This document shows, piece by piece, positions 12,345 through 25,186 of a stretch of DNA of 64,000 nucleotides. Within the stretch, counting starts at the first letter, position 1. Every line of letters starts with the position of its first letter. Source of the stretch: Chiloscyllium plagiosum (taxonomy: Eukaryota); NCBI RefSeq assembly GCF_004010195.1, contig NC_057753.1, forward strand, positions 1,881,243 through 1,945,242, in the 5' to 3' direction. Position numbers and translations under genes: made by a program. The notes under the pieces are model-generated. The model was not told where the DNA came from. It saw only the letters and a program-made list of their open reading frames with translations, and ran no database searches.

Positions 12345-15092
12345 AAAACCATCACTTGCAGAATGGGTTGTACCAGGGACTTCGATGCCGTAGCCATTTT
12401 GGGGATATGGATTGAGCAGGGATAGGCATGGTTATTTCAGGGTCAGCGGTTAGATGTTTCAGTAAGAATAGGGAAAATGATGAAAGAGAGGGAGGGGTGG
12501 CATTGTTAGTCAAAGACAGTATTATGGTGGCAAAAAGGACGTTTGATGAAGACTATTCTATTGAGGTAACATGGAATGAGGTTAGAAACATGAGTGGAGA
12601 GGTCACTCTGTTGGAAGCTTTTGTCTCTGAAAAGTTCCAGAGAAGTAGAGGGCAAGATTGGGAAGATGTTTCTGGATACGAGCGGAAGTATAATTGTAGC
12701 TGCGATGGGATACTTTAACTTTCCAAGTATTCACTGGAAAAGCTATACTTTGAGCACTATAGATGAGTCAGTTTTGTCCAATACGTGCAGGAGGATTTAC
12801 TGACACAGCATGTAGATAGGACAGCAAGAAGTGAGGTCACATTGGATTTGGTACTGAGTAATAAACCAGGCCAGGCGTTAGATTTGGAGGTAGGCGAGCA
12901 TTTTGGTGATCGTGATCACAATTCCGTTACATTTACTTTAGCGATGAAAACGGATAGATATATACCGTAGGATAAGAGTTGTTGCTGGGGAAAGGCAATT
13001 ATGATGCGATTTGGCAAGATTTAGTATATATAGTATGGGAAAGGAAACTGCAGGGAATAGGCACAATTGAAACGTGGAGCTTGTTCAAGGAATAGCTACT
13101 GCGTGCCCTTATTAAGTATGCACTTGTCAGGCAGGGAGGAAGTCGTCAAGCGAAGGAGCCATGGTTTACTGAAGAAGTTAAATCTTCTGTCAAGAGGACA
13201 AAGGAGTCGTGCGTAATGATGAGACGTAAAGGCTCAGTTAGGGCGCTTGAGAGTGATATGTTAGCCAGGAAGGAGTTAAAGAGAGAGCTAAGAACAGCCA
13301 GGAGGGAACGTGAGAAGTCTTCGGCAGGTCGCGTCAAGGAAAACCCAAAAGCTTTATATCGCTATGTCAGGAATAAAGGAATGACGAGAGTAAGATTAGT
13401 GCCATTCAAGGGCAAGTTCTGTGTGGAGTTTGAGGAAATAGGAAAGACTCTAAATGAATATTTTTCTTCTGTATTCACACTGGAAGATGACAATATTGTC
13501 GAGGGATATACTGAGATGCTGGCTATTAGGCGAGAAGGAGTTGAGGTTCAGAAGGAGGAGCAATTCTGCAATGTGTTAAAATAGATAAGCTCCCTGGGCC
13601 ACATGAGACTTTTTTCTTGGATTTTATGGGACGCCAGGGAGGCGATTGCGAAGACCTTTGCTTTCATCTTTATGTCATCATTGTCTACAGGAATAGTGCC
13701 AAATGATTGGATGATAGCAAATTTTGTCCACAAAGGGGACAACCCTGGCAATTGGAAACAAGTTTAAATTTGGCTATGGGTAAAGTGTTCGAATGAATAA
13801 TAAGAGACAGGATTTATAATCATCAAGGAAAGAATAATTTGATTAGGGATAGCCAACACGGTTTTCTGAAGGGTAGGTCGTGCCTAATAAACCTTATTGA
13901 GTTCTTTGAGAAGGTATCCAACAGATGCATGATGGTAAAGCGGTTGATGTGGTGTATATGGAATTCAGTAAAGCGTTTGATAAGATTCCACACGGTAGGC
14001 TATTGCAGCATGTGCGGAAGCATGGGATTGATTTTGATTTTCTGGTTTGGGTCAGAAGTTAGTTAGTTGGAAGAAGGCAGAGGGTGATGGTTGATGGGAA
14101 ATATTCATCTTGGAATTCAGTTACTAGAGGTGCACGAAAGGATCTGTTTTGAGTCACTGCTCTTTCTCATTGTTATAAATGACCTGGATGATGGTTTAGA
14201 AGGATTGGTAAGCAAATTTGCGGATTACACTAAGGTTGGTGAAGATGTGGACAGTACAGAAAGATGTTGAAGGTTACAGAGGGACTTGGATAAGCTGCAG
14301 AGGTGGGCTGAGAGGTGCCAAATAGAGTTTAATGTGGAAAAGTGTGAGCTGATCAACTGTGGGAGGAGTAAAAGAAATACAAAGCACTGGGCTAATAGTA
14401 TGATTCTTGGTAGTGTAAGTGAGAAGAAAGTCAACGTACATAAATCCCTGAAAGTTGCCACCCAGGTTGATAGGGCTGTTAGGAAGCTGTATGATGTCTT
14501 GGCTTTTATTGGTAGAGGGACTGAATTTAGGGGCAATAAGGTCATGTGGTAATTAGACAAATCTGTGGTACTGCCGCACTTGGAGCATTGTGTACATTTC
14601 TAGTCGTCGCGTTACAGGAATAGTGTGGACGCATTGGAAAGGGTGCAGAGGAGATTTACCAGGATGTTGCCTGGTATGGAGGGAAGGTCTTATGAGGAAA
14701 GGCTGAGGGACTTGAGGCTGTTTACGTTAGAGAGGAGAAGGTTGTTAGGTGACTTAGTAGAGACATACAAGGTGATCACACGATTAGATAGGGTGGACAG
14801 TGAAAGCTTCTTTACTCAGATAGTGATGATTAACATAAGGGGACACAGATTTAAATTGACGGGTGATAGTCATAGGACAGATGCCAGAGGAATGTTCTTT
14901 ACTTAGAGAGTACTAAGGGCGTGGAATGCAATGCTGGCAACAGTAGTAGACTCGCCAACTTTAAATAGTCATTTGATAAGCATATGGATGATAAAGGGAC
15001 AGTGTAGTTTAGATGGGTTTCAGGTTGCTTTCACAGGTCAACGCAACATCGAAGGCTGAAACGCCAGTACTGCAGTGTAATATTCGATATGC
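12345..15092 (+). mobile_element. Degenerate CR1 LINE, ORF2 from endonuclease through RT to the 3' end
   Basis: REGGVALLVKD, GYFNFPSI, LDLVLSN..HFGDRDHN (endonuclease); SQHGFLKGRSCL, FADYTK, LERVQRRFTRMLPG (RT); broken into many ORFs. Confidence 0.92.
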
Positions 15093-15094
15093 TT

Positions 15095-15400
15095 TTTTTT
15101 TAGATTACTGACAGTGTGGAAACAGGCCCTTCCGACCAACAAGTCCACATCGACCCGCCGAAGTGTAGCCCAACCAGACCCATTCCCCGACGTTTACCCC
15201 TTCACCTAACACTATGGGCAATTTAGCATGGCCAATTCACCTAACTTGCACATTTTTGTACAGTGGGAGGAAACTGGAGCACCCGGAGGAAACCCACGCA
15301 GACACGGGAAGAATGTGCAAACTTCTCTGGGGCTGGAGCTATGAGGCAGTAGTGCTAACCACTGTGCCACCGTGCCGCCCTCCACTGTGCCACCGTGCCG
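15095..15400 (-). mobile_element. tRNA-derived SINE, HE1/V-SINE-like
   Basis: Minus-strand head gggcggcacggtggcacagtggttagcact (A-box); central gtgtctgcgtgggtttcctccgggtgctcc domain; CR1-like tail gaagggcctgtttccacactg. Confidence 0.85.
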
Positions 15401-15879
15401 TTCTATGTCCTATAATGTTTGAATTCCAGGAAATAGCTCCCTCATAACATGGTGATGCATTTTAACAGAAGGAATACAGACAGGGAACATATAATTTATG
15501 ATAGAATTCTGAAGACTATGCGGGGATCGAAGGATTTCTGTTCAATGTGCACAGAATGTAATGGGATATACACTATTCATTGTCAGGAAAGCAAATTGGA
15601 TTTCAATCTTGCTACATGTTGGTGTTATTAACAGAAGAAATCAAGACACATTGTACATTTATAAAGTTCTCGTCAGGTCAAAATTCGATTTTTGTGTGCA
15701 CTTCCAGTTATGACATTTTAAAACGGTTGTGAGGGTCCACCAGACCATTCGGAGGAGATATATGAGAATAGCAGTGTAGGTTGAGGAGAGATTTGATTTA
15801 TTCACAAGAGTTATTGCATGTTTTAATAATGTAGAGAAAGACATTATTAAATGTCAATTGATGGTGATGTCCTGGAGCT

Positions 15880-16592
15880 TGTGGGCCCCTGATCGTGCTG
15901 ATAACAGAGAGACGGAGAGATTCAAGTGCATAATTCTTTGAAATGTGCCTCACACGTAGCCAGGGTGGTGAGAAGGTGTTTCACACGTTTGCCGTTATCG
16001 CTCAGAACTTTGAGTAAAAGAGTTTGAAAATCATGTTGAGTTTGTAGAGGACGTTGATGAAACCTCTTCTTGAGTATTGTGCGCAGTTTTGGTCATCCCG
16101 TGAATGGAAGTATCCCATTAAATTGGAGAGGACCCAGAATAGATTTAGTGGCATGTTATGGGGAATTGACGATTTGCTCGGGAAATATAGGCTGGATTGG
16201 GTAGAATATTTTTCACTGGATTGTAGAAGGTAAGAGCTGACATTATGGGGGTCATAGATAAGATAAACAACAACAATACTTAACCACGGTTGGGGGATTT
16301 CAAAGCAATGGTGCACACGTTTTAGGTGAGTGGAGAAAGATATAAAAAGGCGTGAGAGAGGCAACGATTTACACAAAGAGTGGTTGGTGTGCGCAGTAAA
16401 CTGCCAGAGGAAGTGATGGATACGGAGGCATTTAAAATGCTCAAAATACATTGGAAAAAGTAAATGAATAAGAAAGGTTTTCAAGAATATGGACCAAACA
16501 CAGGCAGACGGGGCAACTTTAGGTTGGGAACATGGGTAGCATAGATGTATTTTGAATGAAAGGTCTGCTTTCATGTTGCATGACTCTCTGAT
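15880..16592 (+). mobile_element. Old CR1 3' fragment
   Basis: Degenerate TLMKPLLEYCAQFWSS block and 3' UTR ending catgactct. Confidence 0.7.
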
Positions 16593-18469
16593 TGTGTATG
16601 ATAAAGGGGAAAGGTTACCACACATTTCGGACATACGGACGTACCCACATCAATGATTCCAATTGGTAGAAGTGAGTTCAGTAACAATCGAAATTTTTCA
16701 AAATGCATGTAAGATCAGAGAGCAACAGGGCTGCCCTTTGAGCCGCAACACTGACAGAAATTTTGCTTTTGCTGATTTAGTGGAAATAAATTTCCAGATT
16801 TCCTGACAGCTACAATGTTCTCCTACCAAATGAACAGAAGAATATCGAAATGCTCATGTTATCTCATTCTGATGATTAGAGTCCATTGATCAGATATTTT
16901 GGAAAGTTTGATTTGAGTTTCCTGTTTGTCAATTCACTGCTTTCACAAGATAATTAATGTCATTCGGGAACGAAATTCAGAACGCATAAATAATTCTCTT
17001 GGTTTGTGTTTTCTGAGTATAGATTCTCCCTATATGACCGTTTGAGAAAGGAAGATCATGCACATGCCCTGCTGCGCCTTGCTCTGCATTATGTGCGTGT
17101 GTTTCATAGAATGTTTTCCCAATAAAGATTACGGCATTAACCTGGCCCTATCGAAGTTAAAAGAAATCAGCAATTTCGTTTTGTTAGTTTCAAAATTACA
17201 TTCTTCTGTACTCCACGTTTTCATGACGATCCCCAACCAAATTTGCACACTTCCCACCCACTCGATTCCCCACGAGCTCACTCATTAAATTTTAATTGTT
17301 CTCATTTGAGTACATGTGATAAGAAAAGCTAATTCTAATTCTTATTCATCAGTAGGCTTGCATGGTCGGGGGACAGTACCACAGCCTTGAATATATAGTT
17401 CATGGAATTTGAAGGCGATGTGGGAGTTCAGTGCAAAACAGAAGACCTACTTTTTGCTTGTTTTTTTAAACTCGTAGTCTGGATGGTTTTGCAACAGGAT
17501 GAATTGAAATCCAGGATCAGAGGTCCAGCAGAAAAGAATGACATGGCATCAAAGTACAATTTAATTGATTGGCGACAGGCACTAATTTGATTATCTAGTA
17601 TATGTTACTTTCAGAGTGAACATAAATTGGGGAAATATTTACAGAGTTGTACGAAACTCCTAAAAAATCAAACTGTGTTCTAAATATTTGAAAGAAAAAT
17701 AGCAGGCCAAATGACATTATGCTGGGAACGTATTGACCCCATTATGGTTCACATTGAACAATGATTTCTCTCCACAGACCTGCTGAGTTTCTGTCGCCAG
17801 TGATGTTTGCTTGAGGTTCTTCGATTCAAAGATTATGAGCTTGAATATGAGCTCTGACAAGTGCAACACATCAGGGAGGAGAAGAGTTAACTGGATATTG
17901 ATTTTCAGTAAGCAGTCATACCCTTAGATAAACTACTGCAAATTTGGTCAGGAACAGGAGGGTGTGATCAGAAGCAAGGCAGGTAGAAAGATCCGGGAGA
18001 TAGTGCTGAAGGAAAGAAAATGCACGTGTTTCTAACTTCGTCTGAGATCTCAAACTCTACTTGTGATGAGTTCCACATATTCAACAGTCTTTGGTTCAAA
18101 AAAGGCAGATGCTGTCAAACTGGAAACAAATTAATTCAGGAATATTCACCAAGTACTGTGGAGGTAGAAACATATTTTATATTATGTGACATCTGTGTTT
18201 CTGTAGACAGAGCTGTTTCATATCCACAAATATAAGCAAACATGTTTATCAGTGTGGTTGCTGATAATATGCTTGGAGAGGGACTAGAACTTTGCGATAC
18301 TGTTTAAACATACAGGGGCTCCCAATGAATATAAGGAGATAAGTAATAACGTGGTCTTTGAATAGCTGTTCATGGTGGAGCTAAGTATATTCCTGCTGAA
18401 GAATGGAGTCAACAATTGTTGGGCTAGGCATGAATATGATTTTGGTGTTTTATCCTGTTCTCTCGTGAT

Positions 18470-19000
18470 CTTAGAATCATAGAGTTGTACAGCACTGAAA
18501 CAGATCCTGCAGTACAATTCTCCATGCCGATCAGATAGCCTATATTAATCTATTCCCATTTGCAGCATTTCGCCGTTATCCCTCTAAAGGCTTCTTTTTC
18601 GTGTGCCCACTAAAATGCTTGCTAAATTACAGAATTAATTACAGAAGCCTCAATCACTTCCTCTGGCAGCTCATTCCTTACATGCACCAAAACGTGTGTG
18701 CAAATGAGCCCATCAATTCGATTTTATATCTTTCCCCTCTTCCTGTTGACCTTAGTTTGGATTCTCTATCATCATAAAAAGAGGATTTCCTATATCCAGG
18801 CGCTTTATGATTCAGTAAACCTTCATAGGTTCACCCTTCCAGGGAAGAAAGCCACTCCCATTCAGCCTCTCTCCATAACTCCATTCTCCAGCCCTGGCAA
18901 CATTCTTGTAAATCTTTCCTGCATTTTTTCAAGTTTAACAACATCTCTTCTATAGCAGGGAGATTTGAATGTAGTATTCTAAAAGTCGCCCAATCAATTT
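18470..19000 (-). mobile_element. Old CR1 3' fragment; paralogous copy at ~50660-51250
   Basis: Antisense tail agaatcatagag..acagcactgaaacag and cctggcaacattcttgtaaatcttt. Confidence 0.65.
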
Positions 19001-21068
19001 TGTTGAATGTCTGAACAGAGTCAAAGAGCTGAATGACTTACTCCAGATGTTTATTCATATGTTCATATGCATGATCATAGTGAAGTTATCCACTCAGGTC
19101 TTTAAATAGAGGTGAGATTTTGGACTGAATTCAGTGAGGCCTTTCAACTCTGTTTTTAAAGTCATTCCCAATCGGCTCCTTATGAGGAGGTCAGCGTCAG
19201 GAAGTGAGTCAGGGAATATGTGGGAAAAGTGATTGAGTTCAGCTTATTTAAGAAAGGGAGAGAAATGGAGAATCAGACCTTGAGAGAATTGTAGACACTG
19301 GAGAAGAGGGAGAAGGATGTGGTAATAATGGTGTAGGCAATCCAAATGAACACTCCCTGTTCCTGAGTTTGCCACCTCAGGATTTGCTTTTTGCCTGGAA
19401 TCGTTCTCAGCAGCCATCTTTGCTTCATACGGTTCACAGTGCAGAAGCCGTTGTCTCGGTCTCTGATTTATTTATTGTTGTACTCATCATAATTCAGAGA
19501 AAACAAAATATTTCTTCGCTTTTGGAAATGTTGAGATGATGCATTGTTCATGAAGGGCAAAGTCATTAATGTATATCAGGAACAACCCATGAACTTTGTG
19601 GAACTCCTGAACTAACTATCGTCTGTTCCCATAGATATATTTTAATGGCGATTTTGTCATGTTAAACAGACGTGTCAATCATTTCATGCTGATGTTTCTC
19701 CTATTACTTTTATTTCATTAACACCGATCATCCTCACATCAACCGTAATGAACCAATTTATTGAATCATTTTCTCCATGATCATCACATCAATTATAATA
19801 CTAACATGAACATTCTGGTACCTCAACAACAAAAAGAAGACATAAATCCTTTGGACATGATATTCCCTCCGTCTGTGTTCCATCTTTCCTGAGTTAACAA
19901 ACATTTGTCCTAGTGGCTGATAACTGTTTAACAAATTAGCATTTCTGCAACGCTTCCTACTACAGAAATTAAATTAGTTCTTCAGTGTTGCTATTAATTT
20001 TTCTTTATAGTGAGGGAAAATTTAATGTAATTTGCAAAAACTGTAATGTAAATGAATGAAGTGAGTAAGTTGCAACAACAATTAATGACAAGTGGTAAAG
20101 AAGTCAATAATTAATCAAGTTTCACGAGGTATAAGCTACCAATCACGAATAGATATCTGATCGTGAATTATCAAGAAGGAACAATGATTTCCGTTGGAAT
20201 TGCAGCAACGAAAAAAACCGACGATGTTGGAAAATTGGAATACAAGCATGAAATGTTGGAGATGCACAAAGGCGCAAATAGGTTCAATGAAGGTAGAAAA
20301 TGGGTTCACGTTCTAGCTTTCTGAGCAAGTGAGAGTGGCAAGGCAGTGACTGTGGAGTGAAGTTAGAAGATGAACAAAAGAGTAAGTCTCCGAAAGTTGT
20401 GAAATCATTGACAGCTGTCAAGTCACAGAAGATGTGTCTGCATGAGTCGACGTTAGTGAACAGAAGGCTTGAATGTGAATAAAATTGCCGAAGATTGAGA
20501 ACACAAATCAAAGTGAGACAGAAACACCAAGTAAAATTGTACAGAAATCGAATCACACAATCCATGGAATTTGAAACCTCAAGGTTGAATGTTTTCTTGC
20601 GTTATGCAACAGTTCATATGAAAGGTCGCAGATCTGTTAACATTACCTGTTCCCTTTCCGGTCGTACAGTTCAGATCAGGAGGCTACTTAGTCTCACTAG
20701 TCTCCCTGGCCCAACGGAGGCTGACATTCAATTGTCCCACTTCTGGAAAATTCCGGTTAAACGTCAGGAAGCTTCGACGTGGTAGGTTGTAAGATTTTAC
20801 TCATTCAGCACTGGATGACAGTAAGATCATTGGTGTCATGTGACTTGTTGGTCCTGGCATTCTCATAAACCTTCAATGATTATCGTTCTGCATGTTGGGC
20901 GTGGGCATTTGTAGATTTTGTGCATCTCTGGGCCAGTTACAGACATCCCTCTATGGTCATTTTGTTCCTCTCAGTGCAAGCTCTACACAAGACAGTCAAC
21001 GTAAGCATTACTTCGTGGCAGAATCACTGGCATCCTATCTCTTTCTTGCAGGAACGTTTTGGAATGAA

Positions 21069-21074
21069 TTTATT
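21069..21074 (-). promoter_or_regulatory. Candidate polyadenylation signal (AATAAA) of GPCR gene 1
   Basis: AATAAA ~410 nt after the stop, in a block conserved in all three paralogous flanks; gene 2 has ATTAAA at the homologous site. Other AATAAA hexamers exist (e.g. 21316-21321). Confidence 0.45.
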
Positions 21075-21484
21075 GGAGCAATGCAGAGCCAGCAAGGCCT
21101 GCAAATGAAAAGTTGCATTGTAGGATAATAGAATCTACTTTATTGACATACAATGTCATTGACAATTTTGAAATCATCATAAGTTTCTGTTTCATCCAAT
21201 TCTATTATCCTAGATCATCATACTCTTTTGACGTGAGATTACAAGCAAGATTGAGTTCTCGGGACCAGACGTATCTTCGTTTTCACCACATTTTCCTTGA
21301 ATCACTTCTTGCCACTTTATTGCTGTGAAGAAGTATTCGTGTATCTCCACAATGCAGAAAATAAAGCAGGATAATGCTAGAAAATGACCTAAACACATTA
21401 CATACCTAAATGACCAATGAAAGCAATGAATAAGCTATAATGTTGATTTTAAATTGCGTTTTTACTGTGATTTTAATGTGTTCC

Positions 21485-22392
21485 CTATTTAAACCATTTC
21501 AACACGAGTGTCACAGGGAATTTCGCCATTTTCTTGAAATGTTCTCTGAACTTACTTTGTGTCCCTGCATAAATAAATGGGTTGATGCAGGAACTCAAAA
21601 GCTGAAGCATAAACCCACCTTCCTCAAGGACAAAATTTGATTCATTGTAGTTTGAACCGGAGAAATAGCTGACATTTTCAATTTGAACACAGAGGAAAGT
21701 CAGGAGAACCAACAAATACGACAGGAGAAAAGTGCCAGAAATGGCAAAGAGTAAAACAATGGACTTCTTCCGTTTTTCCATCTCTGGATCACTTCGATTC
21801 TCTCCATTGCCGATTGCCAGCAGCCTCCTGCGTGCTCTACTGGCTGATACAATGTGCTTGACAGTGAGGACATTGAACAACAAAATCAGAATGAATGGAA
21901 AGCAGGGGTTTAAAATTACTATTACCCAGTCAAATGCAATCCACCAGGGTGAGGTATAAAATATTGATTTGATGGTGCAGTACCAAGTTACTGCATTAAC
22001 TATAAAGGAAGGTTCATAAGTGAAATACAAGGGAATGTTTCTGATACAACTCAGTGTACAGGCACTTGATATAACCACAGCTGCTACTTTCTCAGTGCAA
22101 TATTTCATTTTCAACTTCTGGTAACAAATGGCAATGAATCGATCAAACGTGAAAGCAACTGTTACCCAGACAGATGAGTCTCTGATTCCATAAATTATGA
22201 CTAGACTGGCACTACAGACCAGAGTGATGGACAGGAATGTCATTGGGAAAAACATACCCACAATCCGGTTTAATATCACAGCTGTGATAATGACCAGGAT
22301 ATCCGTCACCGCCATGGAAACCAGGTAATATGTGATGCATTTGGAGAGACCGCACCTGTCCCGTGACAGGATAATAATCACTGAAAGGTTAG
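21485..22392 (-). CDS. Class A GPCR, GPR139/GPR142-like, gene 1, exon 2 (908 nt)
   Basis: Acceptor ctctttttcatag|CTAACCTTTCAGTG; open frame to TAG. Motifs ANLSVIIILS, MAVTD (TM2), FTFDRFIAIC (TM3), NPCFP (TM5), INPFIY (TM7) plus helix 8 SKFRE. Confidence 0.93.
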
Positions 22393-22824
22393 CTATGAAA
22401 AAGAGATGTATTGAATGAATACGTTAAACCGACACTTGTAGATGTTCCCAAAGAATGGCACAAACAGACATTTGGCAAAGCTCAACTGTTTTGAAGCAAT
22501 TACAAAGAGAAAAAAAAGTCCACAGTTAGCACAGAAAATATTTCTATTCAACTGCAGAAACGGATCTCTAATTGGTGGTGAACTCTGAGTAGGATGCAAT
22601 AATGGCAATAGAGATATATTTGACGATCTATGTTTATGAGTCAGGCACAGAAAATCCATTCTGTTCTGTACCATGGAAATTTATATGAAGGTTTAAAGGT
22701 TAAAGTAATCTGAAACTTCAGAAATTGAAGTCTCAGTACAATTTATTCAGCCAAGGAAATGGACATAGAGAATTAGGCGACATTGAATATAAAGATGCAA
22801 ACATCCAGGAAGAGATCACAAAAA

Positions 22825-23118
22825 TGGCACTACTACCTCACAGCACCAGGGACCTTGACTGCATGGCAGCCTCGGGCGACTGTCTGTATGAAGTATGCAT
22901 ATTCTCTGCGTATCTGTGTGGTTTCATCCGGATGAACCACTTTCCTCCCAGAGTCTAAAAATTTGCAGGCTAGTTAAATTGCCCATAGTGTTCAGGAATG
23001 TGTAGTTTAGGCGCATTAATCGAGGGATTTGTGGATTAATAGGGTATGGAAATATGTCAGAGGAACATTTGAGCCAAATGGCCTACTTCCATTCTGTCGG
23101 GGTTCTATGATTCTATGA
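22825..23118 (+). mobile_element. HE1/V-SINE-like SINE in the gene 1 intron
   Basis: gcactactacctcacagcaccagggacc head, degenerate central domain, ttctatgattctatga tail. Confidence 0.75.
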
Positions 23119-23699
23119 AACAGAGACGAAAGCGCACTTCTAAACAGAAAGAACTCTATGATTGCCCGTGTTAATTATCTTAAGCCAATACAACACAATG
23201 TATGAGTAACAATTAATCTAACTGAGCTATTAAAACGCTGCTGTTAGTTTTCCTTCAAAAGCAGTCAGCAGTTCATATTAGTAAATTTCAAATTGTTCTT
23301 TAGCTGTGCAGATAAAACAATGTGATAAATTTGCAGTGTGATTATTGTTGATAGTTATACTGCTCAAAACCCAATCTATGCACAAACAAATAGCCATTCC
23401 CGTGAGATAATTCATGTACAGTAATGGAGTTATGAACATAATAACATAACATTTATGATTTGTAAATTAATAATAAACCGTAAAAAGAAGAGAAAAAGTA
23501 CTATTGAAGGATAAAGAGTATACTAGCTATGCAAAAAGCTTTCCAATTCAAAAGTAGAAATGATAGTCTTAAAGTGCAGAAAATAAGATAGAAAATCATT
23601 GAAAACGTTTTGTTGTTGAAATGGAACGTTATTGCCTTTCCAAGGAAGACAAGACATTCTAACCTGATGAAGGTAAAGTTGCTATATTCTTATTGGACA

Positions 23700-23868
23700 A
23701 TAGGGTTTCTCTCTCGTCAGATAGAGATGACTCGTATTGGTTTAAGTTGAGGTTCACTGCACCTTAGGCGATGTGAGGTTTTCAGAGGCAGAGTCCATCA
23801 TGGTAACCACAACCAATGCAGGAAGTGAACCAAAACCTGCCGCCCAAACAAATGAGCTAACTGACCCC
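23700..23868 (-). mobile_element. Possible old tRNA-derived SINE fragment in the gene 1 intron
   Basis: Minus strand begins ggggtcagttagctca.. with a B-box-like ggttcacttcc. Confidence 0.35.
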
Positions 23869-24060
23869 TTCAAAAGTTCGTCCCACAAATATAGGGTACA
23901 TAATTCATTTGAATTTTACCAAGTTGCAGGAATGCATCCTAAAAAGACTATAAATCATTGGGACTGCATTATCGATATTTGAGAGGCGTTAAATTAAGAT
24001 GAGAAAATTAAACACGCTATTCAAATTATTCTTATACAATATCAAGCGAATATCCGTTAC

Positions 24061-24130
24061 CTGGAACCCCAATAATCGCTAAGATTGGATAATATATAGC
24101 AAACACAAGTCCTTTTGGAAGTCCGTGCAT
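24061..24130 (-). CDS. GPR139-like gene 1, coding exon 1 (MHGLPKGLVFAIYYPILAIIGVP + G)
   Basis: 70 nt ending CCAG|gtaac. The phase-1 join to exon 2 gives ..IIGVPANLSVIIILS.. and a 325-aa protein (978 nt with stop). Confidence 0.88.
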
Positions 24131-24181
24131 TTCTGTCTCAAGCTGCTGATGCCTTTGGCACGACAATGGATGATAGCTACA

Positions 24182-24187
24182 TTTATA
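24182..24187 (-). promoter_or_regulatory. Candidate TATA box of gene 1
   Basis: TATAAA ~52 nt upstream of the ATG, with a CGTCA half-site just upstream. Confidence 0.5.
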
Positions 24188-24996
24188 CCTGACGACATGC
24201 TCCCTATATGTAATTAGGTACCTTGGGCTTTGGCAGTTGTTACTCCAATTGAAATAACTCCTATTAAAAATTACACTTCTGAACACGTCTTTAATTTTGA
24301 TCGGATAGAAATTTTATTCATCTACCCTGGCACTGCTCCAAAATGAAGTTCTGCAGAACATTGTCTCCTTGATTTAAAAAGAAAGGAAACATGAAGCAGG
24401 TGATTGTAAATGTGCGCAAGGATGTTTTGCATGAAACACCCCTGTCCATGAAAAATAAGCCTATTTTCCCTCTCCTGACCATTATGCAGCCCGTGAAATC
24501 AGTGATTATGTTCAAGGTCAGTTCGAGTTCCTCTGAAACAATTAAATCAGTTTAAAGCACAGACAATGAGGACGGCCATTCTATTTCATGCTACGATCAC
24601 AGAGCTGTGTCTTTTTAAAATTATGCCCGGTGCAGACCAGAGCAGATGGAAACCATTATATCAGATTCCCACACTTCAAGCACGTCTTGATCAGATTGAA
24701 TTCAATATGCGTAGATCCAATTCAGTAGTTATATTCGTTTTTATATTTACTGCTTTCTGACTATGCATTTAGAATGGATAAAGACTGTTCAATGTCCTTA
24801 TGCTCTGTGTAAACTGGTACATTCCATATTATTGCATTTTGTCCGCACGGGATCATGCCACTGTGGTTGTCTTCACTCGGTGAGACACGTGTTGCAGGGT
24901 GGGTTAAATCAATTCATTGAACAAACAGCACTGTTCCAGTTTTCCAAGGCTAAATTCCGCAGAAATAGGCTTCAATCAGTACTTTCCTATTACAAA

Positions 24997-25186
24997 ACGA
25001 CAGATGCATATCTTCGTCAGCATGCACTTAATCAGGGCTGAAACGTGCATATGCACTCAATTCGATTAGATTAGATTACTTACAGTGTGGAAACAGGCCC
25101 TTCGGCCCAACAAGTCCACACGACAGATGCATATCTTCGTCAGCATGCACTTAATCAGGGCTGAAACGTGCATATGCACTCAATTC
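24997..25186. repeat. Perfect 67-bp direct repeat flanking a 56-bp SINE 3' fragment
   Basis: 24997-25063 is identical to 25120-25186; the insert gattagattagattacttacagtgtggaaacaggcccttcggcccaacaagtccac matches the SINE tail at ~15100-15150. Confidence 0.9.

Noticed and set aside
15340..15400. tRNA gene
   Set aside because: SINE head with no cloverleaf; includes a small tandem duplication of ccactgtgccaccgtgccg.
16002..16634. 210-aa minus-strand ORF
   Set aside because: Antisense reading of a decayed CR1 3' fragment; no protein motifs.
19400..20200. Block conserved in three units as a possible hidden gene
   Set aside because: The minus strand has GVPQ-type RT remnants (SSGVPQSS; TLGVPQ in unit B) and no open frame, so it is an ancient LINE carried by the duplication.
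24032..24286. 84-aa ORF as a standalone gene or extended N-terminus
   Set aside because: Only 24061-24130 is supported; the ORF reads through the splice donor and starts upstream of the TATA box.
24997..25186. CRISPR-like repeat-spacer-repeat
   Set aside because: Vertebrate context, only two 67-bp repeats, the spacer is a SINE tail and there are no cas genes.
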